Shown here: in pieces, positions 39,901 through 53,228 of the stretch
Numbering within the stretch: the first letter of the stretch is position 1
How the letters are laid out: the number at the start of each line of letters is the position of its first letter
Assembly (NCBI GenBank): GCA_973851085.1
Contig: OZ316776.1
Location: 7,068,001-7,132,000 of the forward strand
Origin: Ptychomitrium polyphyllum
Lineage: Eukaryota
Reading direction: 5' to 3'
DNA length: 64,000 bases
Notes under the pieces: generated by a model
What the model saw: only the letters and a program-made list of their open reading frames with translations
Told to the model about the DNA's origin: nothing
The model's database searches: none
Position numbers and translations under genes: made by a program

Positions 39901-40010
39901 TGTATAGATTTTTGTACTTCCTTGCACAATAGTGATATGTGACACCTGAATCTTGTAGACACTGGTGGCAAATGAACATGGACCATTTAGATGTAGGAAA
40001 TGATCAGGGA
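33984..40010 (+). repeat. Left arm of ~6.0-kb near-perfect inverted duplication
   Basis: Reverse complement of 43856-49882 (coordinate sum 83,866), with mirrored ORF pairs such as 34661/49205 and 39464/44402. Confidence 0.95.
35829..36080. repeat. Two short minisatellites (3 x ~29 bp and 4 x ~23-25 bp)
   Basis: AAGTTGAACGTGACACAGACTTGTGTGGT-like units at 35829-35917 and GACGAATAGTGAGAGGAAAGTGAGT-like units at 35993-36080. Copies lie at 47786-48037 (inverted) and 58057-58308. Confidence 0.85.
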
Positions 40011-40410
40011 GAATTTAGATGTAAGAAATGATCAGGGACCATTTAGATTTTGAAGTCATTTGATATTGCACAAGGAATGGTGAGGTGTTTACTTTGAGAA
40101 GGATGGCACAACAATTGTAAGAGTGTCTTTTAGAGTCAAGTATATCACTGATTAATTCCATTCTTCGTTGTATGAATGTATTGTGATGAGATTAGCACAG
40201 GAATTTAGCGGACATAGATCTATGTGCTACACAGAACTAGAAGGCTTTGCCGAGATTTGTAATTGAATTGTGTATAGAATTGAAAATTACTACCCAAAAA
40301 CCGTTGGTACAAGATGGGCGCAAGCACACATTATAAGCATACATGTTTGAGTACTTTTGGCAAAAGATATAAAAGAAGAAAGATCCTTCACAATGGTGAC
40401 ATCTTGAAAA
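37675..40410. repeat. Older diverged inverted-repeat pair R (arms ~37675-38630 and ~39415-40410); further copies at 43450-44450, 45240-46190, 51926-52925, 59903-62640
   Basis: The arms are reverse complements with many substitutions (e.g. tctttggtacaaagtaca[a/g]ctttgtgcttcaaagt). No recognisable ORF. Confidence 0.8.
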
Positions 40411-40499
40411 ATGATGTATTATACACGTTAATAAAAGAGAGAAATACCTTTATCTACGATTGTATCTGACACCATAATAATACAGGTGACATCTCAATT

Positions 40500-41406
40500 T
40501 GGGAGCAATTATTTTGGGGTCGATTCATGACCCTCTGGTGGTGACATCAAGCTGCGCAACAGTGAGCGGTTAGCGCTGGTTCTCTGCTTGTGAAGGCCAG
40601 GATACCTGATTGTTTAGTAGGAGCAGGCTGTCTGATCCGCCGCGGGCATGCATTTGTGTTCTTCTCGAGAACAAGACCTTTAATGGAGTTGGTCGGAATT
40701 AACCCTGCTAGTACGAGTTTACGAAGCACAAACTAAGTGATTTGAATCATAAGATCAGCACCACAGGATACATACACGGACACATGTACACCACATGAGA
40801 TCTAGGCAGAATTTTTCATCTCCACCTTTGAGCAGAAAGTTTCAGATTAAACATCCAGGGAATCTCATGGGCGGGTAAAAATGTCGCCAACTTTGACGAG
40901 GCAACTGATTGTAAGTGTGCGGAATCAACTAGTAAATTGGCGCTGTGATCCGTGTCGAGGGCTATCGATTGGAAAAATCCGCTGGTTCTGCAATGCCATT
41001 GGCCAATTTCAAAGCATAAACGTGTTTGATAGAGCTGCGACCTGCAGAAAATCAGAAAATCGGATTTATTGCAAGCTGCACCCAACCCTGGTGATTTCAC
41101 GTCCACTAACCTCCAGATACTTATTCCAGGTGACTCAAATAAGAGGTGTTGGTGAACTGGTTGGTATGCATCGCGATCACTTATCTCGAGAGACACGCAA
41201 AGATGTCTTAGGCCGATCCGGTTCCAGCAGTCTACGACGCTGGGCTGAAAGGTGGTGAACATTCTGGAGAGCCAGCTTTGAGGTGGGGAAGGGGATTCGC
41301 AGTCCACCGCGGCTCGTCCGCCAGCTGCTCTGTCGAGCCAGGCCCACTCGGGCAGAGAAAAGCACCTGCGGGCAATTGGGCATGCGCGATGGAAGTTTGA
41401 AAGCGT
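40500..41406 (-). repeat. Inverted ~0.9-kb copy of the BURP proximal promoter (also 48976-49882 and 62728-63634)
   Basis: Reverse complement of 33984-34890 (coordinate sum 75,390). Confidence 0.95.
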
Positions 41407-42192
41407 GAAGAAGATTTTAAAATTTCCATGTGCCTTAACATTCCAGTGCAGTACATCAAGAATTTGCAAATCTTTACCCTCGCTATATGATACATGTATC
41501 ATACAATGTTCTCAAGGATGACATATATTTGTTCCAAGTTCCATGTATACTACCAGCTTTGCAATCAATCAAATGTATGCACTTTACAACCTAACCATGT
41601 TCCATTTGTTTTAGAGATGCATTGTGCAACGTGAAAATGTGTGACTTAGTTTTGGTACATATTTAGATTTCCATGTGCCTCAAAGTTTCACTACACTATA
41701 TCAAGAATTTGCAATTCTATATCCTTCACCGTATGATACATGTACCATACAATGTTCTCAAGGATGGAATACATTTGTTTCTTCTGCTATTTATGATTCT
41801 TTATTTCGACATTGAAGCACAATCTTTTATTCATTTTGACAAAAACCTAAATTTCTTCCATGAGCTTGACTTGCATTAGAGCTTTAAATGAATATTTCCT
41901 TCACTGGTTTTCTTCAACATCCATTTCATTGCATTTACTTGAGTATAATCTATCTCCATCTATTTTGTCTTTGCTTCCGTATCTTCAAAGTATCATCGTT
42001 GTTGTCCACTGCGCATTAAACATTTTTGTGCAAATGATTGAATATTTGCATTGGTCAATCCTACAACAAACAAAGCCAAGAAGTTGGAATGATTTCATTC
42101 TATTCTTGCTTGCTCTGCTATATTAGAACGTTGTCCTAATCAACGCACAAAAAAATCATTGCATGAAATGTGAAATTTTCTTTCACACATGC

Positions 42193-42630
42193 TATCACAA
42201 TCATATAGATTAGAAGCTTTTGGAAGGACCAAGAAGGTTCAAGGAGGTCTAGGAAGGTTCCTATAAGGTCTAAGGAAATTCAAGAAGGTTTTGAGAAGAT
42301 CCAAGAAGGTCTAGGAAGGTTCCGAAGAAGCTACCTTGGTTAAAGAAGCTTCCAAAGGAGCAATTCAAGGTTGCTTGAGTACGAAGCCTTCTATTGGAAT
42401 CCTCTTGTGAAGCTTCCAAGGCTTTTCTTTCTAGTATATGTAAGAATAAAAGTTGGAGAGATTTTGAGTCTAGACAACGCAGATTTTGTGGCCCAGTTTA
42501 GACTTTTTAGATTTAAACCTTATTGTGATATAAGTCTAGTTAGACCATCCCCTTGTGTTGATTCCTTGTCTTGTCTTTCCATGCATAATACATGCTGAGT
42601 CTCAATAAATTTCAAATCGTGCCTTCAACT
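42193..42630 (+). mobile_element. Probable decayed solo LTR of a third family (copy at 50669-51106)
   Basis: Starts tatcac (decayed TGTCAC-like), contains a GAAGGTTC/AAGG tandem array as in LTR U3 regions, plus TATA-like TATATGTAA and AATAAA, and ends ttcaac. No TSD found. Confidence 0.5.
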
Positions 42631-43855
42631 TAAGTAATGTAAGAATTTTCTTTTGTTGACACAATGCTTGTAGAACTAAACAATTTGAAATATCATCTTA
42701 CATGATGTTGTATCATGATCAATGTATTGATCCATTGCCTAATGGTACCGTTACACATTTTGCTGCTTGTTCCTGATTAATGTACACAAGTAAATTCAAT
42801 ACATATGTAAAGATGCATGCGTACACTCAAATCATACGTATTGGTGACTTATGAAATCCACAACTTTAAATGCACCTTCCAAATGAAACTACTTCAACTA
42901 AGTAATTTTACATTATTTTACCTTTCTACCTAGAATTTCCTTCTATCTACCACATCTTGCATATTCTTCCTTTGATTCTTCTAACAAACTACTAATAGTC
43001 CATACAACATGGAAATTTGTTGTTGTATGTTTTGAATAATACTTACTAATTTTTGCTTATGTCAAAATTTAGGAGTCTTTGGTTATAGGTAATGCTTTCA
43101 TTCAACAACAATGAATTAATAAAGTCACAATTAAATGCCACAATAGTTCAAAATAAAGCTCTAAATCATTGCACCCAACCAATGTAAGACTTGCCACTTT
43201 GAATATGGTAACCTATAGTTCTTCTACATTCCAAACTCCTTCTTTTACAAATTATGATAATACATCTTGACAGGCCCCTCCTATGTACTCTCTCTACTAT
43301 GCAAATTGCTCTCCAAAGCTAAACATGCATCATCACACTTTGGTTTGTATTCCTGCAAGCAACATAAAATCCATCTAATTATCCCTTTTGTGATATCTAC
43401 AAAAGACTACTGGTATTCCAAGAGGACCACTAAAACGCGTTCCACGCTATACAGTAGCTCACTAATTTAGAATATCATTCTCTAGAATACCATCATTGTG
43501 AAGGACCTTTTATTCTTCCATTTTAATGCAAGAAGTACTTCAAACATGCATGCTTGCAACATGTGTGCCCAAACACATTCTTTAACAATGGCTTTTCAGA
43601 TAGTAAATCTCAACTCTACAAACAACTCAACTACAAATTCCCTCAAAGCTCTTTAGTTCTAGATAGCACTTAGATTTGTAAGCACAAAATTCAAGTGCTG
43701 ATCTTGTCACAATACGTTCTTCCAAAAAGACATGGATTTAATCATTCATATACTTGATTCTAAGAGGCACTCTTACAATTGATGTGTCTTCTCTATAGTA
43801 AATAGACATCTCAACATTCCATGTGCACGATCAAATGACTTCAAAATCTAAATGG

Positions 43856-46800
43856 TCCCTGATCATTTCCTACATCTAAATGGTCCATGTTCATTTGCCA
43901 CCAGTGTCTACAAGATTCAGGTGTCACATATCACTGTTGTGCAAGGAAGTACAAAAATCTATACATTACATGATCCAAAACGTGACGTCCTTCATAGCGT
44001 GGAAAGAGCCCTAGCCACCATGTCTAGATCCAGGTGATGCTGGGCAGCGGCCATTGCTTGTTTATGATAGAACCACAAAAAGAATACTCGTACTTTTGGC
44101 AGCCCAAAAGTGCAGGTGAAATTTGGATCCTTTAAAACCAATGGATGTGTCCGGACACCTACGATGAAGTTGCAAATGGCCAATCGAAGAATCTTTGGAA
44201 AAGGCGCTTTCCGACCGTTGCTGCCATGTGCCTCTTGATTGATGTGTACGAAGAGTACGTCATGTCTACATTGTACGTTTGTTGAGGAGCACCATCTGTG
44301 CAAACGCATCCATGTCATAGCTATAGCCATTTCTAAGCCATCACCAATGCAAAATCCACTGTTCACTTTGGAGTGGCACATGTCTTCATGGTAGGTGGGC
44401 ATCTTTGGTACAAAGTACAGCTTTGTGCTTCAAAGTCACTCTGGAATACAATTGATCCGCCAATTGTGTATGGTCCGATGATCTTCCAATGATTTACACT
44501 ATTGCACATCTCAGATAGTTCATACTAGTGACTGAGTAAGCATAAAGAACCAAGTGGTAGTGTTGGGAGGAGGCATGTAAAGTTATGGGTATTCCAATCT
44601 AAAAACACACCTGGTATTCTCAAAGTCCTAGCAAAATCTGACCTTGGAAACATAAGTCAAGCCTTTGTGAAGCTTCTTTGTGATACTCACTTGGAAATTT
44701 TGCCAACTGGGTTAATTGCATCATTCAATCTATAACAAGTCTTTGGTGATTACTCACGCTCAATCAATTCATGCAAGATAAATGTGTATTCAATGATTGT
44801 GTTCAAAGGTTGTATATGTATTTATACACTTTAACATAAAATAATAAGATACATTGGCCTACAATCTTATTTCCAATTGGCTTACACTATAATAGAAGCA
44901 ACGATGTTTGAATTCAAGGAGGCTATAAGCATGAATTTGCACACTATAAGCAAGTTTGAGACAGTCATGTGTCATGTCAAATGGTACACCAACCAACAAT
45001 GTCTTGTCAAAAATAGTCTAAATAATAGTATTTCAACAAATTGAGGCATTAGCACAAATGATTCAAAGGATTAGACACATGTCTTAAATAATGGAAGAAC
45101 CCGAATCAAGTTGATTATAGTGTAAGACAATAACAATTCCTACACCACAAAAGCTTAGTTATACCCTATTAAAGAAGAAATCCTCCTCCTTGTTGACTAA
45201 GTCCTTTGCAACTGCATAGATAAGAAGATCAAAGATTATATTCTCAAAGTACTTTGAAGCACAAAGTTGTACTTTGTACCAAAGATGCTCACCTACCATG
45301 AAGACAACTGCCACTCCAAAGTGAGCAGTGGATTTTGCATTGGTGATGGCTCAAGGAATGGCTATAGCTATGACAAGGACGCGTTTGCACAGAAGGTGCT
45401 CCTCAACAAACGTACGATGTAGACATGACGTACTCTTCGTACACACCAATCAAGAGGCACATGGCAGCAACGGTCGGAAAGCGCCTTTTCCAAAGATTCT
45501 TTGATTGGCCATTTGCAACTTCACTTTAGGTGTCCGGAAACATCCATTGGTTTCAAAAGATCCAAATTTCACCCGCACTTTTGGAATGCCAAAAGTACGA
45601 GTATTGTTCTTGTGGTTCTGTCATAAACAAGCAATGGCCGCTGCCCAACATCACGTGGATCTAGAGATGGTGTGACAAGAGGTCTTTCCATGTTATGAAG
45701 GAGATCATCTTTTGCATCATCCAATGTATAGAATTTTGTACTTCCTCGGGCGTTAGTGATATGTGACATCTGAATCTTGTAGGCACTGGTAGCAAATGAA
45801 CATTGACCATTTGGATTTTGAAGTCGTTTGATTGTGCACATGGAACGTTGAGATGTCTATTCACGAGGGGGAAGACACAACATTTGTAAGAGGGTGTTTT
45901 GGAATCAAATACATCAAGGACTATGTCCATGTTCTTTTGTAGTTATGTATTGCGACCACATGAGCACATGAATGTAATAGACACATATGCAAATGCTATC
46001 TTGTACGGAAAAGCTTTGAGGGAATTTGTAATTGAGTTGTTTATGGAATTGAAGATTACCACCTGCAAAAGCCATTGTTAAAGGATGAGTTTGAGCACAC
46101 TTGTTGTAAGCATACATGTTTGGATACTTTTGGCAGAAATATGCATGAATAAAAGATCCTTCGCAATGACAGTATTCTAGAGAATGATATTTTGAATTTA
46201 TAAATTGTAGATAGATGCAACTAATCTTTGGATGCGAAGTTAGTGTTTATGATGTTGTAGGAGCCTTTTCACTTTTAATTAGTGAATTATAAATTTGCTA
46301 GGGTGTAGAGTATGAAGACATTGTGTGTTGTTTTTGTTAGATCACGTAAGCGTATTTGTAAGCTTGGATACACATTAAAGAATCTATAGTTGTTGTAGCA
46401 TTGAACAAGCTCTATTTGTAATTGTTTGGTAATGTATGTATTATTTACTTAAACATTTATGTAAATCTATACTTGATGTGCAATGATGTTGTGTTCCTTT
46501 GAATGGATGTTATTTATTTGAAGCTTTGAATCTTTCAAAATGGAGTCATTATTCCATCTTTTTGGTGATGTAAATTTCATTAGAAATTTCAACTTAAGAA
46601 ACATTCTATTAAATATAAAATTTTAAGTTTTTAACTAATATTTAATCACTTGAACACATCCATAGATTGTCCATATATTGCTAGGTTAGAATGTATTGTC
46701 ATGGAGGCTTTTAACTACAATAAAGTAGCCACATCTCAATGCAGGGATGAATTGAATGTTTTGGCACTATTATTGTTTGATTGTGTATGATATCATTATA

Positions 46801-49800
46801 TTAGATTTTGAAGCCATAATTCATGTAATTGAGTGCGTAGTAAAATTTATTGTCCAAATTTCATTGAAAATTTTGACTTCAATAAATGCCTTATTTGAGA
46901 GAAATTTGTTATAGTATATGACACAATTGTATCATGTTTGGCAGGTTTGTAGAACCATTCATTGGTTTTGTGCATGCAAGATGCTCATAATAATTTTGAA
47001 GCATGTATAGAAATCCAATTAGAGCGATATTAATATGAATAAAAATAAAAAGTTATATGGATTAACTAATATAAGAAGTGAGATGTTTGTGCAGATGTGA
47101 CATGGTAAGGTTGGTACAATCCCTTATTGTTTTCTTAAATACTAGAATAGCAGAAAGTACATTTTATAAAATGATGGCTACAAAGGTAGGCATGTTACGG
47201 AATGTATGACTCATATTATGACATGTATATCATATTCACCCTACTTACAAATCAACCTTCTAATTGTATCCAACAATGAGGTGGCCCTTTATTTTGTTCA
47301 AATCAAAAGCCTCAAAGAAACGCATCAAAGTGGAATATTTTTATTTCACAATGAGTTCCTCTTGATAAATTGATTTTTAACCTATTAGAGTATTATATAT
47401 GTGATAATTGTACTTTGTACAATGTGTATATGTGCAATTTTTCCTTATTTTCTTTGCCTTTAATGTTTGATACTTTTATAATGTGTTTCAAAGGTATAAC
47501 AAAAATATACAAGTTGATAGAACATTGCATTAAAAACTCAAGCAATTGTTAAATGTATAACAATCCATACCCACATTTTCAAAAGGAGTATAAAAGATAA
47601 GTAAAGGTGATGTTTGAAGATGTTTTGAACTTTATATTTCAAACAACACCTTCAAAGAATTTTGGATATGTCATGTCAAAATGTATATTGTTTAACACAC
47701 TAATATAAGTATTTCAATCTCAAAAATCATGTTCTCAATAAATATTTGTTACCTTTAATTCACTTCACATTTACAACTTGCATTACTCTCACTATTCATC
47801 ACTCACTATCCTCTCACTACTCGTCACTCACTTTCCTCTCACTATTCGTCACTTACTTTCCTCACTATTCGTCGCCTGCTTTACTCTCAAGTTTTAGGTG
47901 ACCAAAGTGCAGCTCAAGTTGTCCAATTTATCCTGCTTGCCCCCTCACTACCACACAAGTCTGTGTCACGTTCACTTACCACACTAGTCTGTCGCACATT
48001 CAACTCACCACACAAGTCTGTGTCACGTTCAACTTACTCATAACCCAAACATATGTTCACACAAGGAGTGCACGGTTTACTTTCTGCACTTTAAATCCAC
48101 GGACCTTTACATTCTAGCACTGGTGCTCGATGGAGCAGCGTCGATGCCAAATACGAATCCTTTGCAATAATTGAAAATTACAATGATTATCCTCCGCAGC
48201 AGAGTGACTAGTGAAGAGAGGAGAGAATCAATGTTGTTGGTGAAGCCGGTGCTGCGTCTCCATCCCGGTGCAAGCTGATGCATACGAAAGCGGTCGACCC
48301 TGTGGAACCTTATCGCCATGCTGATCATGCTGTTGGGTTTGACTATGGTGGGGACGACGGTCAAGAGACTTCGTCACGGTTCCTCCTCCTGGCTTCGCTT
48401 AAACCTTTATGCCCTACAGGTATTCCGGATTCACACCCAAAAAAAAAAAGTACGTAAGAGGCCATAAATCCCACATGCTCATGAAGAATTTATTGAAGGC
48501 CTTTCACAAACGAATCTATTACACATTACACCTAGTCCGATTTCTTGTTATTATTTTAGTGTTTTCTAAAGTGTTATGATTCTTTCTATGCACGACTCCA
48601 AAATTTACACTATAAATATAAACCCAAACATCTCAATGTGAACAAAATACCTGAAACTTTCAAAACACACCTAAACCACAATTTCATTCGACTATCTTGT
48701 TTCCTCAGTCATCTAGGTCTAAACCCTGTAACCTCAATTTATGAAATCTATAGCTGTGCCAAATCAACTGAACAGATTATAAGACCCCTTTATTCCTGGA
48801 ATCAGCACAAATCAAAGCCTAAACACCAATATGCAACAGACAATACCATTTGACCGACAACTCCGTTACCTCCGGCCATTTAGAAAACCCCTTCAGTAGG
48901 TAGAACAGAACGGCATAAACCGGCCTTCTCAATTCTTAACGTCCACACCGTGAATAGTTAGGTGCCATCACATTCTGGGAGCAATTACTTTGGGGTCGAT
49001 TCATGACCCTCTGGTGGTGACATCAAGCTGCGCAACAGTGAGCGGTTAGCGCTGGTTCTCTGCTTGTGAAGGCCAGGATACCTGATTGTTTAGTAGGAGC
49101 AGGCTGTCTGATCCGCCGCGGGCATGCATTTGTGTTCTTCTCGAGAACAAGACCTTTAATGGAGTTGGTCGGAATTAACCCTGCTAGTACGAGTTTACGA
49201 AGCACAAACTAAGTGATTTGAATCATAAGATCAGCACCACAGGATACATACACGGACACATGTACACCACATGAGATCTAGGCAGAATTTTTCATCTCCA
49301 CCTTTGAGCAGAAAGTTTCAGATTAAACATCCAGGGAATCTCATGGGCGGGTAAAAATGTCGCCAACTTTGACGAGGCAACTGATTGTAAGTGTGCGGAA
49401 TCAACTAGTAAATTGGCGCTGTGATCCGTGTCGAGGGCTATCGATTGGAAAAATCCGCTGGTTCTGCAATGCCATTGGCCAATTTCAAAGCATAAACGTG
49501 TTTGATAGAGCTGCGACCTGCAGAAAATCAGAAAATCGGATTTATTGCAAGCTGCACCCAACCCTGGTGATTTCACGTCCACTAACCTCCAGATACTTAT
49601 TCCAGGTGACTCAAATAAGAGGTGTTGGTGAACTGGTTGGTATGCATCGCGATCACTTATCTCGAGAGACACGCAAAGATGTCTTAGGCCGATCCGGTTC
49701 CAGCAGTCTACGACGCTGGGCTGAAAGGTGGTGAACATTCTGGAGAGCCAGCTTTGAGGTGGGGAAGGGGATTCGCAGTCCACCGCGGCTCGTCCGCCAG

Positions 49801-49882
49801 CTGCTCTGTCGAGCCAGGCCCACTCGGGCAGAGAAAAGCACCTGCGGGCAATTGGGCATGCGCGATGGAAGTTTGAAAGCGT
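43856..49882 (-). repeat. Right arm of ~6.0-kb inverted duplication
   Basis: Mirror of 33984-40010 with very few SNPs. Confidence 0.95.
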
Positions 49883-52800
49883 GAAGAAGATTTTAAAATT
49901 TCCATGTGCCTTAACATTCCAGTGCAGTACATCAAGAATTTGCAAATCTTTACCCTCGCTATATGATACATGTATCATACAATGTTCTCAAGGATGACAT
50001 ATATTTGTTCCAAGTTCCATGTATACTACCAGCTTTGCAATCAATCAAATGTATGCACTTTACAACCTAACCATGTTCCATTTGTTTTAGAGATGCATTG
50101 TGCAACGTGAAAATGTGTGACTTAGTTTTGGTACATATTTAGATTTCCATGTGCCTCAAAGTTTCACTACACTATATCAAGAATTTGCAATTCTATATCC
50201 TTCACCGTATGATACATGTACCATACAATGTTCTCAAGGATGGAATACATTTGTTTCTTCTGCTATTTATGATTCTTTATTTCGACATTGAAGCACAATC
50301 TTTTATTCATTTTGACAAAAACCTAAATTTCTTCCATGAGCTTGACTTGCATTAGAGCTTTAAATGAATATTTCCTTCACTGGTTTTCTTCAACATCCAT
50401 TTCATTGCATTTACTTGAGTATAATCTATCTCCATCTATTTTGTCTTTGCTTCCGTATCTTCAAAGTATCATCGTTGTTGTCCACTGCGCATTAAACATT
50501 TTTGTGCAAATGATTGAATATTTGCATTGGTCAATCCTACAACAAACAAAGCCAAGAAGTTGGAATGATTTCATTCTATTCTTGCTTGCTCTGCTATATT
50601 AGAACGTTGTCCTAATCAACGCACAAAAAAATCATTGCATGAAATGTGAAATTTTCTTTCACACATGCTATCACAATCATATAGATTAGAAGCTTTTGGA
50701 AGGACCAAGAAGGTTCAAGGAGGTCTAGGAAGGTTCCTATAAGGTCTAAGGAAATTCAAGAAGGTTTTGAGAAGATCCAAGAAGGTCTAGGAAGGTTCCG
50801 AAGAAGCTACCTTGGTTAAAGAAGCTTCCAAAGGAGCAATTCAAGGTTGCTTGAGTACGAAGCCTTCTATTGGAATCCTCTTGTGAAGCTTCCAAGGCTT
50901 TTCTTTCTAGTATATGTAAGAATAAAAGTTGGAGAGATTTTGAGTCTAGACAACGCAGATTTTGTGGCCCAGTTTAGACTTTTTAGATTTAAACCTTATT
51001 GTGATATAAGTCTAGTTAGACCATCCCCTTGTGTTGATTCCTTGTCTTGTCTTTCCATGCATAATACATGCTGAGTCTCAATAAATTTCAAATCGTGCCT
51101 TCAACTTAAGTAATGTAAGAATTTTCTTTTGTTGACACAATGCTTGTAGAACTAAACAATTTGAAATATCATCTTACATGATGTTGTATCATGATCAATG
51201 TATTGATCCATTGCCTAATGGTACCGTTACACATTTTGCTGCTTGTTCCTGATTAATGTACACAAGTAAATTCAATACATATGTAAAGATGCATGCGTAC
51301 ACTCAAATCATACGTATTGGTGACTTATGAAATCCACAACTTTAAATGCACCTTCCAAATGAAACTACTTCAACTAAGTAATTTTACATTATTTTACCTT
51401 TCTACCTAGAATTTCCTTCTATCTACCACATCTTGCATATTCTTCCTTTGATTCTTCTAACAAACTACTAATAGTCCATACAACATGGAAATTTGTTGTT
51501 GTATGTTTTGAATAATACTTACTAATTTTTGCTTATGTCAAAATTTAGGAGTCTTTGGTTATAGGTAATGCTTTCATTCAACAACAATGAATTAATAAAG
51601 TCACAATTAAATGCCACAATAGTTCAAAATAAAGCTCTAAATCATTGCACCCAACCAATGTAAGACTTGCCACTTTGAATATGGTAACCTATAGTTCTTC
51701 TACATTCCAAACTCCTTCTTTTACAAATTATGATAATACATCTTGACAGGCCCCTCCTATGTACTCTCTCTACTATGCAAATTGCTCTCCAAAGCTAAAC
51801 ATGCATCATCACACTTTGGTTTGTATTCCTGCAAGCAACATAAAATCCATCTAATTATCCCTTTTGTGATATCTACAAAAGACTACTGGTATTCCAAGAG
51901 GACCACTAAAACGCGTTCCACGCTATACAGTAGCTCACTAATTTAGAATATCATTCTCTAGAATACCATCATTGTGAAGGACCTTTTATTCTTCCATTTT
52001 AATGCAAGAAGTACTTCAAACATGCATGCTTGCAACATGTGTGCCCAAACACATTCTTTAACAATGGTTTTTCAGATAGTAAATCTCAACTCTACAAACA
52101 ACTCAACTACAAATTCCCTCAAAGCTCTTTAGTTCTAGATAGCACTTAGATTTGTAAGCACAAAATTCAAGTGCTGATCTTGTCACAATACGTTCTTCCA
52201 AAAAGACATGGATTTAATCATTCATATACTTGATTCTAAGAGGCACTCTTACAATTGTTGTGTCTTCTCTATAGTAAATAGACATCTCAACATTCCATGT
52301 GCACGATCAAATGACTTCAAAATCTAAATGGTCCCTGATCAATTCCTACATCTAAATGGTCCATGTTCATTTGCCACCAGTGTCTACAAGATTCAGGTGT
52401 CACATATCACTATTGTGCAAGGAAGTACAAAAATCTATACATTACATGATCCAAAACGTGACGTCCTTCATAGCGTGGAAAGAGCCCTAGCCACCATGTC
52501 TAGATCCAGGTGATGCTGGGCAGCGGCCATTGCTTGTTTATGATAGAACCACAAAAAGAATACTCGTACTTTTGGCAGCCCAAAAGTGCAGGTGAAATTT
52601 GGATCCTTTAAAACCAATGGATGTGTCCGGACACCTACGATGAAGTTGCAAATGGCCAATCGAAGAATCTTTGGAAAAGGCGCTTTCCGACCGTTGCTGC
52701 CATGTGCCTCTTGATTGATGTGTACGAAGAGTACGTCATGTCTACATTGTACGTTTGTTGAGGAGCACCATCTGTGCAAACGCATCCATGTCATAGCTAT

Positions 52801-53228
52801 AGCCATTTCTAAGCCATCACCAATGCAAAATCCACTGTTCACTTTGGAGTGGCACATGTCTTCATGGTAGGTGGGCATCTTTGGTACAAAGTACAGCTTT
52901 GTGCTTCAAAGTCACTCTGGAATACAATTGATCCGCCAATTGTGTATGGTCCGATGATCTTCCAATGATTTACACTATTGCACATCTCAGATAGTTCATA
53001 CTAGTGACTGAGTAAGCATAAAGAACCAAGTGGTGGTATTGCACATCTGCGATAGTTCATACTAGTGACTGAGTAAGCATAAAGAACCAAGTGGTGGTGT
53101 TGGGAGGAGGCATGTAAAAGTCATGGATATTCCAATCTAAAAACACACCTGGTATTCTCAAAGTCCTAGCAAAATCTGACACATTCAAACCTCTCTGAAG
53201 CTCCTCTGTGATACTCACTTGGAAATCT

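Larger units (their letters stand above)
40500..44560. repeat. ~4-kb direct repeat, second copy 48976-~53035 (offset 8,476)
   Basis: The ORF set 40547-44402 recurs at 49023-52878, differing by a few SNPs. Confidence 0.93.
31001..53228. repeat. Tandem segmental duplication unit, copy 1 (22,228 bp)
   Basis: Sequence from gccagctagagtgg (31001) recurs at 53229. All ORFs recur at an offset of 22,228 up to the window end. Confidence 0.95.

Noticed and set aside
33984..41406. Single Mutator-like element with 900-bp TIRs
   Set aside because: There is no 9-bp direct TSD, and the arm is continuous with the BURP TATA box, so it is host promoter DNA.
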